64,000 nt of DNA from Candidatus Moraniibacteriota bacterium (GTDB lineage: Bacteria > Patescibacteriota > Minisyncoccia > Moranbacterales > DUUL01). This document shows positions 1 to 10,000 of the stretch, piece after piece; positions within the stretch are counted from its first letter, which is position 1; every line of letters starts with the position of its first letter. The stretch spans positions 13,551 through 77,550 of the forward strand of contig JALVDV010000006.1 in NCBI GenBank assembly GCA_027008775.1, in the 5' to 3' direction. The translations under genes and the position numbers were made by a program. The notes below the pieces were generated by a model. The model saw only the letters and a list, made by a program, of their open reading frames with translations. It was not told where the DNA came from and did not search any database.

Positions 1-368
1 TTTACCTGGATAAAGATGATTTGTTGGAAGCGGTAAAAATAGCTTCTTTGGTAACAAATAGTCAAAATGGTGAGATAAAACTCAGTAAAAATAAAAATGA
101 CAAATTTATAACTGTCACAGCTCAGTCGGTTGATTTAGGGGAAAATGTTTCCACTGTTAACATTTTAAAAAACTCGGAAGCGGAATTTGAAATATTTTTT
201 AATCACCGCTATTTAATTGAGGGTTTAAGTTGTCCTTTATTTGTGTCTGATAAAATAAAAATGGAATTTAAAGAAGGGAAATCACCGGTTTTGTTTAAAG
301 GGGTTGATGATAATTTTAAAGAATTTTCCGAATTCTTGTATATGGTGATGCCTATTATAAAGGAGTAG
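1..368 (+). CDS. dnaN: DNA polymerase III beta sliding clamp, C-terminal part (5' end lies outside the window)
   Basis: Frame is open from position 3 (YLDKDDLLEAV...). The C-terminal motifs FNHRYLIEGL and KSPVLFKG match the DnaN domain III pattern. A DUF721 gene follows immediately. Confidence 0.7.
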   Translation, partial: YLDKDDLLEAVKIASLVTNSQNGEIKLSKNKNDKFITVTAQSVDLGENVSTVNILKNSEAEFEIFFNHRYLIEGLSCPLFVSDKIKMEFKEGKSPVLFKGVDDNFKEFSEFLYMVMPIIKE

Positions 369-406
369 ATTTTACTTATCAGACTATTAAACTGTTAAGT
401 TATTAA

Positions 407-700
407 ATGAAGTCTTTTGCAGATGCTCTTAAAAAAAGGGTTAGAACAGAAAATAAGGGAAATCTTTCCCTTGATTTTTATACGGTAAAGAAGGCTACCG
501 AGGATGTTTTATTGGATATTTTTGGAAAAATCGGGTTGCAAAATATTAAAGTGACTTTTTATAAGGATGGTTTTGTTTACTTAAATATTTTTAAATCAGT
601 TTGGAAGTCGGAGATTAATTTAAACAGAGGCTTGGTTATAAGTAAAATTCAGGAAAAATTAAAAACGGATAAAATTAAGGGCTTAAAGGTGAGAAATTAA
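407..700 (+). CDS. DUF721/DciA-like small protein
   Basis: 97 aa. The pattern FADALKK...L..Y.V.K....VLLDIFG...IKV.F..DG.VYLNI.SSVW..EIN matches the DUF721 family, which often sits next to dnaN/recF. Confidence 0.55.
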   Translation: MKSFADALKKRVRTENKGNLSLDFYTVKKATEDVLLDIFGKIGLQNIKVTFYKDGFVYLNIFKSVWKSEINLNRGLVISKIQEKLKTDKIKGLKVRN

Positions 701-753
701 AAATTGTATATTACTAAGCAAGGATTTTAAATAAAGAAGTGTAAATTATAACA

Positions 754-3018
754 GTGAATAAAATAAATAAAGTATCTATTCCTTTTAAAATATATTCGGT
801 TTTAGAAAAAATTAATAAAGCCGGTTTTGAGGCTTTTTTGGTTGGCGGTTGTGTGAGAGATTTAATGCGAGGAAAAAAGCCGAATGATTGGGATATAACC
901 ACCAGTGCTAAACCGGAAGAGATTTTAAAAATTTTCCCCGATGGTAAATATGAAAATACTTTTGGAACAGTTATTTTACCGGATAAATATATTTCCGAGG
1001 AGAGTATATTAAATCTTGATATTTTATCCAATAAGATAAAAATAGATCAAAATTTAGAAAATAAAATAAAAAGAGTAGCTAAAAAGTATTTAAAGAAAAT
1101 TGAGTGTCCGGCTCACAATGTTGATCACATAAAAAGAATGATAGAAACAGCTCGGCAGATACAGAACAGCTGTGGGAGAAAGATTGATTTTGTTTTAGTG
1201 GAGATTTTAATTTGGCTACATGATATTGGGCGAGCTGTTGATGATAAGTTACATATAAAAAAAGGACAGGAAATTGTCAAAAAGGAGTTTGGTGTTTTGC
1301 TGGGTGATAAAGAATTGAAATCATTAGTTAAGGCAATTAATTATAAACATAGTGAAAAAAGTGTTTTCTTGGAGCAACAAATATTAAAAGAAGCTGATTT
1401 AATTGATGCTTTGAATGTGGAAAGGACTTTTAGTTTTAAAACCGAAGAAGAAAAAGACCACCACTTGGATTGGTTGAAGAAAAACTTTACCAATGAAAAA
1501 TTATATTCGGTTTTTAAAACAATTGGCGGCAGAAAAATTTTAAAAGAAGCAATTAAGCAATTTAATGAGGAGAGCTTTCCTTTTGATTTAAAAATGCCAA
1601 ATTGGAGGGAATCTAATTTGGAGATAACAACTTATCGTTTAGAAGCAAAATATTCTGATAACAGACATCCGGATCAAGTTAAGTTCACTGATAAATTGGC
1701 GGATGATTTAAAAAGGCGGGATTTTACAGTTAACGCAATGGCTCTAGGTGTTAATTTTAACAACAACTTTGATAAAAGCGACGGTGAGTTGGTTTTAGAA
1801 AAATCTAAGGATGATTACGAAATAATAGATTTATTTAATGGACAACAAGATTTGGTTAATAGGGTAATTAGAGCGGTTGGTAATCCGGATGAAAGATTTC
1901 AGGAGGATGCTCTACGAATGATGCGAGCGGTGCGTTTTGCCGCTCAATTTAGTGAGGGTGATGATTTACAATTTTTAAAAGAAAGGAAGGTGAATGGTAA
2001 TCAAAATCAAAAAACTGGTTATAGGCTAACAGTTACTAATTCGCAATTTCATATCGTGAACCGTGAACTGATGACCGATGACAAAAAGTGGTGGATTGGA
2101 GAAAAAACTTTTCAGAGTATTAAAAAAAACAGTCGGCTTTTGAAAAATATTTCCAAAGAGAGAATTAGGGATGAGTTAATAAAAATAATTTTATCAGACC
2201 GACCAGCCTGGGGAGTTGAATTATTGGTGGAGACCGGTTTAATGAAATATATTATTCCGGAGATTTATGAAACTATCGGAGTAAAACAAAACCGACATCA
2301 TTATTATGGACCTTTTAATACAGTTTATAAACACATGTTAGCTTCCTTAAAAAAATGTCCTTCACAAAAATTGGAAGTGAGGCTGGCTTCCTTTTTTCAT
2401 GACATAGGAAAACCACGAGCGAAAAGAGGTTCCGGTTATTTAGCCACTTTTCACGGGCATGAATATATTGGAGCGAGAATGACTCAGAAGATTTTGGAAA
2501 GATTAAAATTTCCACGGAAAATTGTGGACAAGACGGTTCTTTTGGTAAAAAATCACATGTTTTATTATAATGTTGATGAAGTAGGAGAAAAGGGAGTGCG
2601 AAAAGTTATTCGTAAGGTTGGTTTGGAAAACATTAATGATTTAATTGATGTTAGAATAGCCGACCGTTTGGGAAGCGGAGTGCCGAAAGCGGTGCCGTAT
2701 CGTTTGCGACATTTTAAATATATGGTGGAAAAAGTTTCCAAAGATCCAATTTCAGTTAAAGATTTAAAAATAAACGGTGATATTTTAATTGAAAAATATG
2801 GTTTCAAACCGGGGCCGGAAATGGGGGCAATTTTGGAAATTCTTTTAGCGGAAGTTTTAGATAATCCGAAATTAAACACTTTAGAATATTTGTCAAAACG
2901 AGCTATTGAATTACAAAAAGAAAATTTACAACAGCTTCGGCAAATAGCTAAAAATAAAATAGAAGAAGAAAAAGAAAAAGAGAAGAAAGAAATAAAGGAT
3001 AAGTATTGGGTGAAGTGA
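754..3018 (+). CDS. cca: CCA tRNA nucleotidyltransferase (class II) with an inserted HD domain and a C-terminal HD domain
   Basis: Head domain motif [20 protein letters not shown] is present. Downstream lie [11 protein letters not shown] and [15 protein letters not shown]. The C-terminal HD motif reads FFHDIGKP...HGHEYIGA...VKNHM. About 260 extra residues carrying H..H...LHDIGR...EADLID sit between FGTV and LEITTYRLE. Confidence 0.8.
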   Translation: MNKINKVSIPFKIYSVLEKINKAGFEAFLVGGCVRDLMRGKKPNDWDITTSAKPEEILKIFPDGKYENTFGTVILPDKYISEESILNLDILSNKIKIDQNLENKIKRVAKKYLKKIECPAHNVDHIKRMIETARQIQNSCGRKIDFVLVEILIWLHDIGRAVDDKLHIKKGQEIVKKEFGVLLGDKELKSLVKAINYKHSEKSVFLEQQILKEADLIDALNVERTFSFKTEEEKDHHLDWLKKNFTNEKLYSVFKTIGGRKILKEAIKQFNEESFPFDLKMPNWRESNLEITTYRLEAKYSDNRHPDQVKFTDKLADDLKRRDFTVNAMALGVNFNNNFDKSDGELVLEKSKDDYEIIDLFNGQQDLVNRVIRAVGNPDERFQEDALRMMRAVRFAAQFSEGDDLQFLKERKVNGNQNQKTGYRLTVTNSQFHIVNRELMTDDKKWWIGEKTFQSIKKNSRLLKNISKERIRDELIKIILSDRPAWGVELLVETGLMKYIIPEIYETIGVKQNRHHYYGPFNTVYKHMLASLKKCPSQKLEVRLASFFHDIGKPRAKRGSGYLATFHGHEYIGARMTQKILERLKFPRKIVDKTVLLVKNHMFYYNVDEVGEKGVRKVIRKVGLENINDLIDVRIADRLGSGVPKAVPYRLRHFKYMVEKVSKDPISVKDLKINGDILIEKYGFKPGPEMGAILEILLAEVLDNPKLNTLEYLSKRAIELQKENLQQLRQIAKNKIEEEKEKEKKEIKDKYWVK

Positions 3019-3149
3019 TTTAAATCTTTTAATCTGATAAAAATTTTTTACCTATAAAAATAAAGTTTTGCAAAAATTGGTTGTCTTTGAAATTTCTGTT
3101 TGGTTTTTTGTGGAAATTTTCTTTTATAAAATTGCCAACTTTTATTTAC

Positions 3150-3184
3150 AAAAAAACACCCTGTCCGGTTAAGGGACAGGGTGG
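3150..3184 (-). terminator. rho-independent terminator for the minus-strand gene 3191..3715
   Basis: A perfect 10-bp stem caccctgtcc/ggacagggtg with a 7-nt loop is followed on the minus strand by a T-run (the plus-strand A-run at 3151-3156). Confidence 0.6.
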
Positions 3185-3190
3185 TGTTAA

Positions 3191-3715
3191 CTAAAATGGA
3201 TAACAAGCGTGTTTTTTTAGGATGTAGGCTGAAAATAAACCTAATCCTAAAAGTATTATGCCGATTATCAAACATAAAGCAATTAAAGGAGTTGTTGAAA
3301 ATATGGAGTGGATTGTGTATTTTAATTCCAGTTTATCACCCCCAATTCTTTTTACTTCTGGTTGTCCATAGAAGTATGCCAGGCTGTCTATTTTTGGGGT
3401 TTTGAATTTTTTAATATACCCCTCCAGCCAGCCTCCATCCGGGTTTCGCCAAAAGAATAAAATTCCTTCTGGCTTGATGTGATAATTAAAAAATATTTTT
3501 TTAATACTCTTAATACTTTTTTTATTATTCACCCAGACAATTCTATCTAATAATTGTTTGGCAGCTCTATCATCCACCTCCTCTAATAATTCTGCTTTTA
3601 TTGGCAGGTCTTGAATAATGGTGACAATTTCTGGCCCTTCTTTTTTTTGTAAGAAATAAAAACCGGAAATTAAAAAAATAACCCCTAACACAATCATTGA
3701 AAATGATTTCTTCAT
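3191..3715 (-). CDS. hypothetical membrane-anchored protein (N- and C-terminal TM helices)
   Basis: 174-aa ORF with an AGGAGG RBS 6-11 nt upstream of ATG. Both termini are hydrophobic. Confidence 0.45.
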   Translation of the reverse strand: MKKSFSMIVLGVIFLISGFYFLQKKEGPEIVTIIQDLPIKAELLEEVDDRAAKQLLDRIVWVNNKKSIKSIKKIFFNYHIKPEGILFFWRNPDGGWLEGYIKKFKTPKIDSLAYFYGQPEVKRIGGDKLELKYTIHSIFSTTPLIALCLIIGIILLGLGLFSAYILKKHACYPF

Positions 3716-4154
3716 TTTATTCCTCCTTCTGAATTTTATTTTTAATGTGCTTCTTGTTTAAGTATTAAACCACAACAGAAATAAGTCAAGTAATTGTGTA
3801 AATCAATTTTTTAGTAAAGATAAAGTTGTTAGATTGAGGAATTAAAAATTTGTACTTTATTTCTTGAAATAAAAAATATTCATTGACTGATAGGTAACAA
3901 ATAACAAAAATAAAAATTCAACTGATATATAGATGTAATTATTGATATACAGATACGATTATAGTCGCACTATCATACAACCTTATATGATAGTGTAAAA
4001 TTTCTGTTTATTGAGAGAGTTTAATGTATAACTTGATTGGTTGGTGTTGGAGATTAAGATTATCTGTCGGATAAAATATACACCAAATAAATTGTTGTTA
4101 GTAATAAAGTAGGTTGTTGTGAGTAATGATTATAAAACAGTAAGGAGGTAAAAT

Positions 4155-5384
4155 TTATTTTTGTTGGTCAAGAATTTCATTGATGACATCCAGGTCTTTG
4201 CAGTCGTATTTCATACTGGGGGAGTAGAAATTTTTTTTCTGGCCGTGGCAACCGTGGTTGTCCTTGGGAAGTGGTGCTAAGATTGGCAAGAGAAAGCCAA
4301 TATTTTGAGAAGTAAATTCTCGGTGTAATTTTTTGAGTGTTTGGTGGCGTAAATTGTCATCCATTAGAGCAAAGGTGCTCATATCATCTCCTTTAACACC
4401 GCTCCAATCCAGGTGGACAAAAACATTGTTAGCTAAACTTTTATAGGGTTCATTCCAAAGCAAGGCCCAACACCAACCGGTTTTGGTTTTATTGTTATAC
4501 CAGCGGGAAAAACAGGGGTTGTTCTCCACCTCCCCGTCTGGGTACAAACCAACACCGCCTTCAATGAAGTCAAATAATTTTAGGTAAGATGGATCGGTAA
4601 TGTTGTTTGTTTGAGCGCCAATAATTATTTTCATATTTTTTTTCTTGGCATAACGACGCATTTCTTTGATGATTTTGGGTGCTAGGGGATGGTTTAAATC
4701 TTCCTCTTGATAGTAGATTTGTCCAAATAAAAAAACCTGAATCCCGATATCCATGGCGGTTTGAGTAATTTGGCGAAGATATTTTTGGTATTCTTCTTTA
4801 GCAAAAGAAGGTTTACAAGTGTGTTCACCCCAAAAATTTTTACTGCCTCGCTTGCACATTTTAGAAAAATCAAATGGTCGACCTTCGTCGTAGAACATAT
4901 AGCGCTCTTTTTTGTTGATAGCCTCAGCGATAAACATTCCGTAGAGAACATTGTTTTTATTTATTTTTTCCATTGTTTCCACCGCTTGGCGAAAATCGGG
5001 AGCTTCCAGCCAAGTTTCAATGGCTCGGGAGAAAAAATAACAATGACTTTTTTGAGCAACTTTTATATCTTTACTGGGGCGGTTGTAACCACTTAATAAT
5101 CCATCGGCTACACAGCCTTTGGTTTTCATTTTTTTTATATCCGGTACAGGGTATTTTTTAAGTGGCGGCATAAGTGGTTTTTCTTGGGAAAGAGCAAGGT
5201 TTTTTGGGGGAGGGATGGGGAGTTGTTTCTGAAAAGGGTTGGTGTTGTTCGTTTGATTTTGCGGGGAAATATTTTTTGGCTGAAATTTTTTAGAGAAAAT
5301 ATAAGCAGTGACCACACTAATGAGGCTTAATAAAATAAGGCCGGAAAGTGTAATGATTTTGGTTTTTTTGTCAGTTTCTTTCAT
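4155..5384 (-). CDS. hypothetical secreted/membrane-anchored protein (409 aa), Cys/Trp-rich
   Basis: Long ORF with an N-terminal TM anchor followed by a Pro/Gln-rich linker. No family was recognised confidently. Confidence 0.45.
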   Translation of the reverse strand: MKETDKKTKIITLSGLILLSLISVVTAYIFSKKFQPKNISPQNQTNNTNPFQKQLPIPPPKNLALSQEKPLMPPLKKYPVPDIKKMKTKGCVADGLLSGYNRPSKDIKVAQKSHCYFFSRAIETWLEAPDFRQAVETMEKINKNNVLYGMFIAEAINKKERYMFYDEGRPFDFSKMCKRGSKNFWGEHTCKPSFAKEEYQKYLRQITQTAMDIGIQVFLFGQIYYQEEDLNHPLAPKIIKEMRRYAKKKNMKIIIGAQTNNITDPSYLKLFDFIEGGVGLYPDGEVENNPCFSRWYNNKTKTGWCWALLWNEPYKSLANNVFVHLDWSGVKGDDMSTFALMDDNLRHQTLKKLHREFTSQNIGFLLPILAPLPKDNHGCHGQKKNFYSPSMKYDCKDLDVINEILDQQK

Positions 5385-5524
5385 ATCTCTAACATGGTAA
5401 CTGAAAATCGGAGAAAAATAAAGAGTTCTTTTTTAGGTTGTTAATTCTAAATAGAAATGTCACGCTTCATTGCCAAATTAAAATGTCATATCCGAGAAAA
5501 AAAGAAACGAAATCAGTTATTTGG

Positions 5525-5553
5525 TTGACTAAGAGAATAAATTTTACTATAGT
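5525..5553 (+). promoter_or_regulatory. sigma70-type promoter for the tRNA cluster
   Basis: TTGACT (5525-5530), a 17-nt spacer, then TATAGT (5548-5553). It lies about 30 nt upstream of the first tRNA. Confidence 0.45.
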
Positions 5554-5586
5554 GGGGAAGTGATTTGAGTGTAGTGGTAATTTGTC

Positions 5587-5659
<73 letters not shown>

Positions 5660-5742
5660 CCGCTAGAACAGTGGGTGGGTCCCCGGTCAATTTGGTGATT
5701 TGCTTACAATGGCTCAGTAAATAAAAACTTTTGTATTTAGTG

Positions 5743-5814
5743 GCCGAGGTAGCTCAGTGGTAGAGCAAAGGACTGAAAATCCTTGTGTCGGGAGTTCAAT
5801 TCTCCCCCTCGGCA
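5743..5814 (+). tRNA. tRNA-Phe (GAA); 3' CCA not encoded
   Basis: Acceptor GCCGAGG/CCTCGGC, anticodon stem-loop AAGGA-CTGAAAA-TCCTT, T-loop GTTCAATTC, discriminator A. Confidence 0.85.
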
Positions 5815-5929
5815 CAGCGTGGGGCAAAGTAGGCCTGCCCAATTTTCCCGGAAACAATGAAGGTTGTTTTTTAAGCGGAGTTGAGTTAGGAAATGTTTGG
5901 AAAGGAAAGTTTGTGGGAAAACTGGGCAG

Positions 5930-6001
5930 GCGAGAGTGGCTCAGTGGTAGAGCGTCTCCTTGCCAAGGAGAAGGTCGCGGGTTCGATTCCCGTCTCTCGC
6001 T
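5930..6001 (+). tRNA. tRNA-Gly (GCC); 3' CCA not encoded
   Basis: Acceptor GCGAGAG/CTCTCGC, anticodon stem-loop CTCC-TTGCCAA-GGAG, T-loop GGTTCGATTCC. Confidence 0.85.
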
Positions 6002-6006
6002 CAAAA

Positions 6007-6039
6007 AAAGGCGATTTTAAAGTCGCCTTTTATTTTTTG
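6007..6039 (+). terminator. rho-independent terminator after the tRNA cluster
   Basis: aaaggcga-ttttaaag-tcgccttt hairpin followed by tattttttg. Confidence 0.6.
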
Positions 6040-6062
6040 ACTGAGGTCATAAAAGGTTTATA

Positions 6063-7205
6063 ATGAAATTGAAATTACTATTAATTTTTTTGGCAATGAA
6101 TACTTTAAGGGAAATTTTGATTCTATTGGAAGGAAAAATTTTTTGGAACAACAATGGAAAACAATGGTTATTGTCTTTACTTGTTTTTTTATTGTCGGTT
6201 TTGTTTTTTAAATTTATTTTTTGGCTCATTTTGAGAAAATTGCAAAAAATGGCCAAAAAAACGGTAAATGATGTTGATGATTTCGCGGTGGCTTTGATTG
6301 GCAGTATAAAACCGCCTTTCTATTATATTTTTTCTTTATATTTGGCCAGTCGTTTTTTAGTGATAGAGAGTATTTGGGAAAAAATTATTTTTGCCGTTTT
6401 TATTATAATTGCCGTTTTACAAGTGGTTTTTATCTTACTGAGAATTGTTGATTTTGTAATTGATCGGGAAACAAAAAAATCAGAAGGTCAGGACTTAAAT
6501 ACCAGGAAAACGATTTTGCAGTTTTTGGGACAAATTGTAAAGGGAGTTATTTGGTTGTTGGGGTTTTTAATGGTTTTAGCCAATTTAGGGGTTAATGTAA
6601 ATTCTTTAATTGCCGGTTTGGGAATTGGCGGTTTGGCGGTGGCGATGGCCCTGAAAAATATTTTGGCGGATATTTTTTCCAGTTTTTCCATTTTAATTGA
6701 CAAGCCATTTGTGGTTGGTGATTACATTGGTTTAAATGACAAGCAACAGGGAACGGTAAAAAGAATAGGAATTAAAACAACTCGTTTACAAACCAGAGAC
6801 GGACAAGAGTTGATTGTGGCCAATAAAAAATTGACGGATCAGGTGGTGCAGAATTTTCGTTCCAGTTCTTCTGGTAAAAAAGAAAGAAGTAGCAGTTTTG
6901 TTTTGGGAGTGGTTTATGAAACACCTTGGGAAAAATTGAAAAATATTCCGGAAATTTTAAGAGAAGTGATTGAACAAGAAGAGCAGGCGACTTTAAAGAG
7001 GGTGGTTTTTGACAGCTTCGGCGATTTTTCTTTGAATTTTAAAGTGACAATGTCTATCAGGGAAACAGAGGAACTTTCGGTAGCGGAAGTGAAAAGCAAT
7101 ATAAACTACTCTATTTTTCAGAGATTTATGAAAGAGGGAATAGAATTTGCTTACCCAACGCAAAACATTATTCTTAAGCAAAATAACGAAGAAACAGATG
7201 CCTGA
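6063..7205 (+). CDS. mscS: small-conductance mechanosensitive channel (MscS family)
   Basis: N-terminal TM helices, then the MscS signature GIGGLAVAMALKNILADIFSSFSILIDKPFVVGDYI...GTVKRIGIKTTRLQTRDGQELIVANKKL. Confidence 0.85.
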   Translation: MKLKLLLIFLAMNTLREILILLEGKIFWNNNGKQWLLSLLVFLLSVLFFKFIFWLILRKLQKMAKKTVNDVDDFAVALIGSIKPPFYYIFSLYLASRFLVIESIWEKIIFAVFIIIAVLQVVFILLRIVDFVIDRETKKSEGQDLNTRKTILQFLGQIVKGVIWLLGFLMVLANLGVNVNSLIAGLGIGGLAVAMALKNILADIFSSFSILIDKPFVVGDYIGLNDKQQGTVKRIGIKTTRLQTRDGQELIVANKKLTDQVVQNFRSSSSGKKERSSSFVLGVVYETPWEKLKNIPEILREVIEQEEQATLKRVVFDSFGDFSLNFKVTMSIRETEELSVAEVKSNINYSIFQRFMKEGIEFAYPTQNIILKQNNEETDA

Positions 7206-8133
7206 GTTGCCGGAGGTAGAAACTGTGAGGCGAGGTTTGAAAAAATTGGTTTTAAATAAAAAAATCAAGACGGTTATTGTTAAAAAGAAAAATCTTGTTA
7301 AACAATCGGTTTATTCTTTTAAAAAAGAGTTGGTGGGAAGGAGATTTAACGAATTAAAACGAGTGGGAAAACTGTTGATTTTTGTTTTAGGTAGTGATGG
7401 GAGGCGAGAAAAGCAAAAGTATTTATTGATTCATTTGAAGATGACCGGGCAGTTGGTTTATTGCGATGAAAAGGATTTTTTAGCCGGAGGACATGCAAAC
7501 AGTAAAAAAGAAAGAAAAGCTTTTTTGCGCGGAAATAGAAATGAGTTTTGTCAGCCGGGAAAATATACACATATTATTTTTGAATTTACAGATAAATCCA
7601 AGTTGTTTTTTAATGATCTGAGACAATTTGGTTTTTTGAAAATTGTTTCAAGTGAGGAGCTGGAGAAGGTTAAAGAAAATTACGGTATAGAGCCGGGACA
7701 GCTGAATTTTACTTGGGCTAATTTCAAAAAAGCTTTACAAGGGAGAAAAACAAATATAAAAGCTTTATTGTTAAACCAAAAAGTGATAGCTGGTTTGGGG
7801 AATATTTATGTTGATGAGAGTTTGTTTTTGGCTAAAATTCATCCTGAACGATCGGTTTCAGATTTGACTTTGGCCGAACAAAAAAGGCTTTTTCAGGCGA
7901 TTAAGACGATTATCAAGAAAGCTTTGCAATACAAGGGAACCACTTTCAGTAATTTTGTTGACAGTCAGGGGAGAAGGGGTGGTTTTAAGAAGTTGCTGAA
8001 AGTTTATGGGCGTTCCGGTAAAAGTTGTCGGCGAAAAAGTTGCGATGGTATAATAAAGAAAATCAGAGTAGCCGGCAGGGGTACTCATTTCTGTGATCAG
8101 TGTCAAAAGAAAAATCAAGTTAGCTTCTTTTAA
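7198..8133 (+). CDS. mutM: formamidopyrimidine-DNA glycosylase (Fpg/Nei family)
   Basis: The N-terminus reads MPELPEVETVRRGL with catalytic Pro2-Glu3. The H2TH region and a C-terminal zinc finger (CRRKSC...HFCDQCQ) are present. ATG at 7198 overlaps the mscS stop by 8 nt, so the track's upstream start at 7147 is rejected. Confidence 0.85.
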   Translation: MPELPEVETVRRGLKKLVLNKKIKTVIVKKKNLVKQSVYSFKKELVGRRFNELKRVGKLLIFVLGSDGRREKQKYLLIHLKMTGQLVYCDEKDFLAGGHANSKKERKAFLRGNRNEFCQPGKYTHIIFEFTDKSKLFFNDLRQFGFLKIVSSEELEKVKENYGIEPGQLNFTWANFKKALQGRKTNIKALLLNQKVIAGLGNIYVDESLFLAKIHPERSVSDLTLAEQKRLFQAIKTIIKKALQYKGTTFSNFVDSQGRRGGFKKLLKVYGRSGKSCRRKSCDGIIKKIRVAGRGTHFCDQCQKKNQVSFF

Positions 8134-8324
8134 CCCTTTGTTGTATAATGTAATCGGGATAGCTTTTTGGGGTTATGTTTTTTAAAAAAGTGGTGGTAAT
8201 TTTATTTTAAGGTTTTGAAAAAGAAGATTTTTATTTAAACTGAGGATGTGTCGGATTGTTTTGCAAGGGAAAACTTCTGAGAATTTGAAGTTTTATCTCA
8301 TACTCAACTTAAACGAAAATAGAA

Positions 8325-9356
8325 ATGATCTTGGAGCATAACATAAAAGAAAATATTGTTCTGGCCGCTTACACAACTTTTAAAATCGGAGGGCCGGCGC
8401 GATACTTTGTGGAGGTTGATGATTTACAGAGAATGGAAGGTATTTTACGATGGGCGCGTGATCATCAGCAAAAGATTTTTATTTTGGGCGGGGGTAGTAA
8501 TTTGTTGTTTATGGATAGCGGTTTTGATGGACTGGTGATTAGGGTTACCGGAAAGGAATTAAATATCAATATTAACAACGATGGAGGGGTAATAAAAGCT
8601 CAGGCCGGTTTGAGTTTGGCTAAGTTGGTGGCGGAGTCGTTTAAGTATAATTTAACAGGCTTGGAGTGGGCAGTGGGAATTCCCGGAACGGTGGGTGGCG
8701 CTGTGCGAGGGAATGCCGGAGCTTTTGGCGGAGAAATAAAGGATGTGACCAGCGCTGTTGATGTTTTAAATCTTAAAAGAGAGGGTTTAGAGAAAAAGGA
8801 GTACGTGGAACCGGTGATTTACCCCAATGAATTGCCGAAGAATTTGGAATATTGTTGTCAGAATCTGAGAGAGAGGTTGAGTAATAAGGATTGTCAATTT
8901 AAATACAGAGAGAGCCTGTTTAAGCACAATCCTTATTTGTTGATTTGGCAAGCGGAATTAAAATTAAAACCGGGTAATGGTGAAGAGAGCAGAAAGATTG
9001 CCGAGGAATATTTAAAGAAGAGAAAAGAAAAGCAACCCAATGTGACCAAGTTTCCTTCGGCGGGATCTGTTTTTAAAAACCCTCAAGTTTCCAAGAAATT
9101 ACAGGAAGAGTTTAAAAAAGATTCCGGTTCAGCCTCCAGGAATGGCAAAGTTCCGGCGGGCTGGTTGATTGCTCGTTGCGGTTTGTTGGGAAAAAGAATC
9201 GGAGATGCCATGGTTAGTGAGGAACATGGCAATTTTATTGTAAATATGGGGAGGGCTAAGGCCGATGAGGTTTTGATGTTGATTGGTTTTATAAAAACCA
9301 GGGTAAGGAATATGATGGGAGTTCAACTGCAGGAAGAAATTTGCATAGTTTATTAA
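8325..9356 (+). CDS. murB: UDP-N-acetylenolpyruvoylglucosamine reductase
   Basis: FAD-binding N-terminus AAYTTFKIGGPARYFVEV...ILGGGSNLLF is present, and a MurB C-terminal domain follows. Confidence 0.85.
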   Translation: MILEHNIKENIVLAAYTTFKIGGPARYFVEVDDLQRMEGILRWARDHQQKIFILGGGSNLLFMDSGFDGLVIRVTGKELNININNDGGVIKAQAGLSLAKLVAESFKYNLTGLEWAVGIPGTVGGAVRGNAGAFGGEIKDVTSAVDVLNLKREGLEKKEYVEPVIYPNELPKNLEYCCQNLRERLSNKDCQFKYRESLFKHNPYLLIWQAELKLKPGNGEESRKIAEEYLKKRKEKQPNVTKFPSAGSVFKNPQVSKKLQEEFKKDSGSASRNGKVPAGWLIARCGLLGKRIGDAMVSEEHGNFIVNMGRAKADEVLMLIGFIKTRVRNMMGVQLQEEICIVY

Positions 9357-9429
9357 AACGGGTATAATTTTGGAGAAAGGCGGAAATTAAAAGCACTTGA
9401 TTTAAATAATTAGTATAATTTAATTTTTT

Positions 9430-9747
9430 ATGAATGTAACTTATTTGCTAAACGGTTTAAAATTAAACGACAAAGAGAAGGAGTATTTAGAAAAAAAATT
9501 GACTAAAGTGAACAGGTTTTTTCGGGATTATCATAATCCGGATGAGTTGAGGGTAAAAATAGACATCAATCAGGATAAAAAATCTTTCTGGATTGTGGAG
9601 ATTATGCTGGAGACGCCGACAAAAATTTTTAGAGTGGTAAAGAGTGATAAGGATTTTATGACGGCGGTTGATTTAAGTCACGATGCTTTATTGAAGCAAT
9701 TGAGGCGTTTTAAAGATAAATTGATTACTTTGAGGAGGAGACGGTAG
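9430..9747 (+). CDS. hpf: ribosome hibernation promoting factor / RaiA family
   Basis: 105-aa basic protein. The pattern ...EIMLETP...FMTAVDLSHDALLKQLRRFKDKL matches the HPF/YfiA fold. Confidence 0.65.
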   Translation: MNVTYLLNGLKLNDKEKEYLEKKLTKVNRFFRDYHNPDELRVKIDINQDKKSFWIVEIMLETPTKIFRVVKSDKDFMTAVDLSHDALLKQLRRFKDKLITLRRRR

Positions 9748-9773
9748 TGGTTTTTTAAAGTGATTTTGTTGTT

Positions 9774-9802
9774 GGGCTGGCAAGTTTTCTTGCCAGTTTT
9801 TG
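9774..9802 (+). terminator. rho-independent terminator after hpf (in the pnp leader region)
   Basis: ctggcaag-tttt-cttgccag stem-loop followed by ttttt. Confidence 0.55.
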
Positions 9803-10000
9803 TAATTTGTGTTAGTATTAACGGGCCATCTTGAGGGATGGTGATGTTTTTTGTAATAATTAACCGGTTTGTTGAGAATTAGTAGGAAGTGGAAAAATGA
9901 GTTTGTTTTTATGTATTGCCGGTCGCTTGACTGATTTTCCGGTAAACGGGAAAGCGAACTTATTTTTCTGTTTTCTACTTCTCAACAAATCAAGAAAAAA

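Noticed and set aside
2315-2879. Antisense ORFs 2315..2515 and 2565..2879 inside cca
   Set aside because: They lie fully inside a well-supported CCA-enzyme coding region on the opposite strand. There is no RBS and no recognisable protein features.
5714-6020. Track ORFs 5714..6004 (-) and 5757..6020 (+)
   Set aside because: They lie entirely over the tRNA-Phe and tRNA-Gly genes and the terminator, so they are spurious translations of structural RNA.
7147-7197. Upstream start of mutM at 7147
   Set aside because: Fpg enzymes begin with Met-Pro-Glu (P2 is the catalytic nucleophile after Met removal). The ATG at 7198 gives MPELPEVE. The upstream extension would destroy this.
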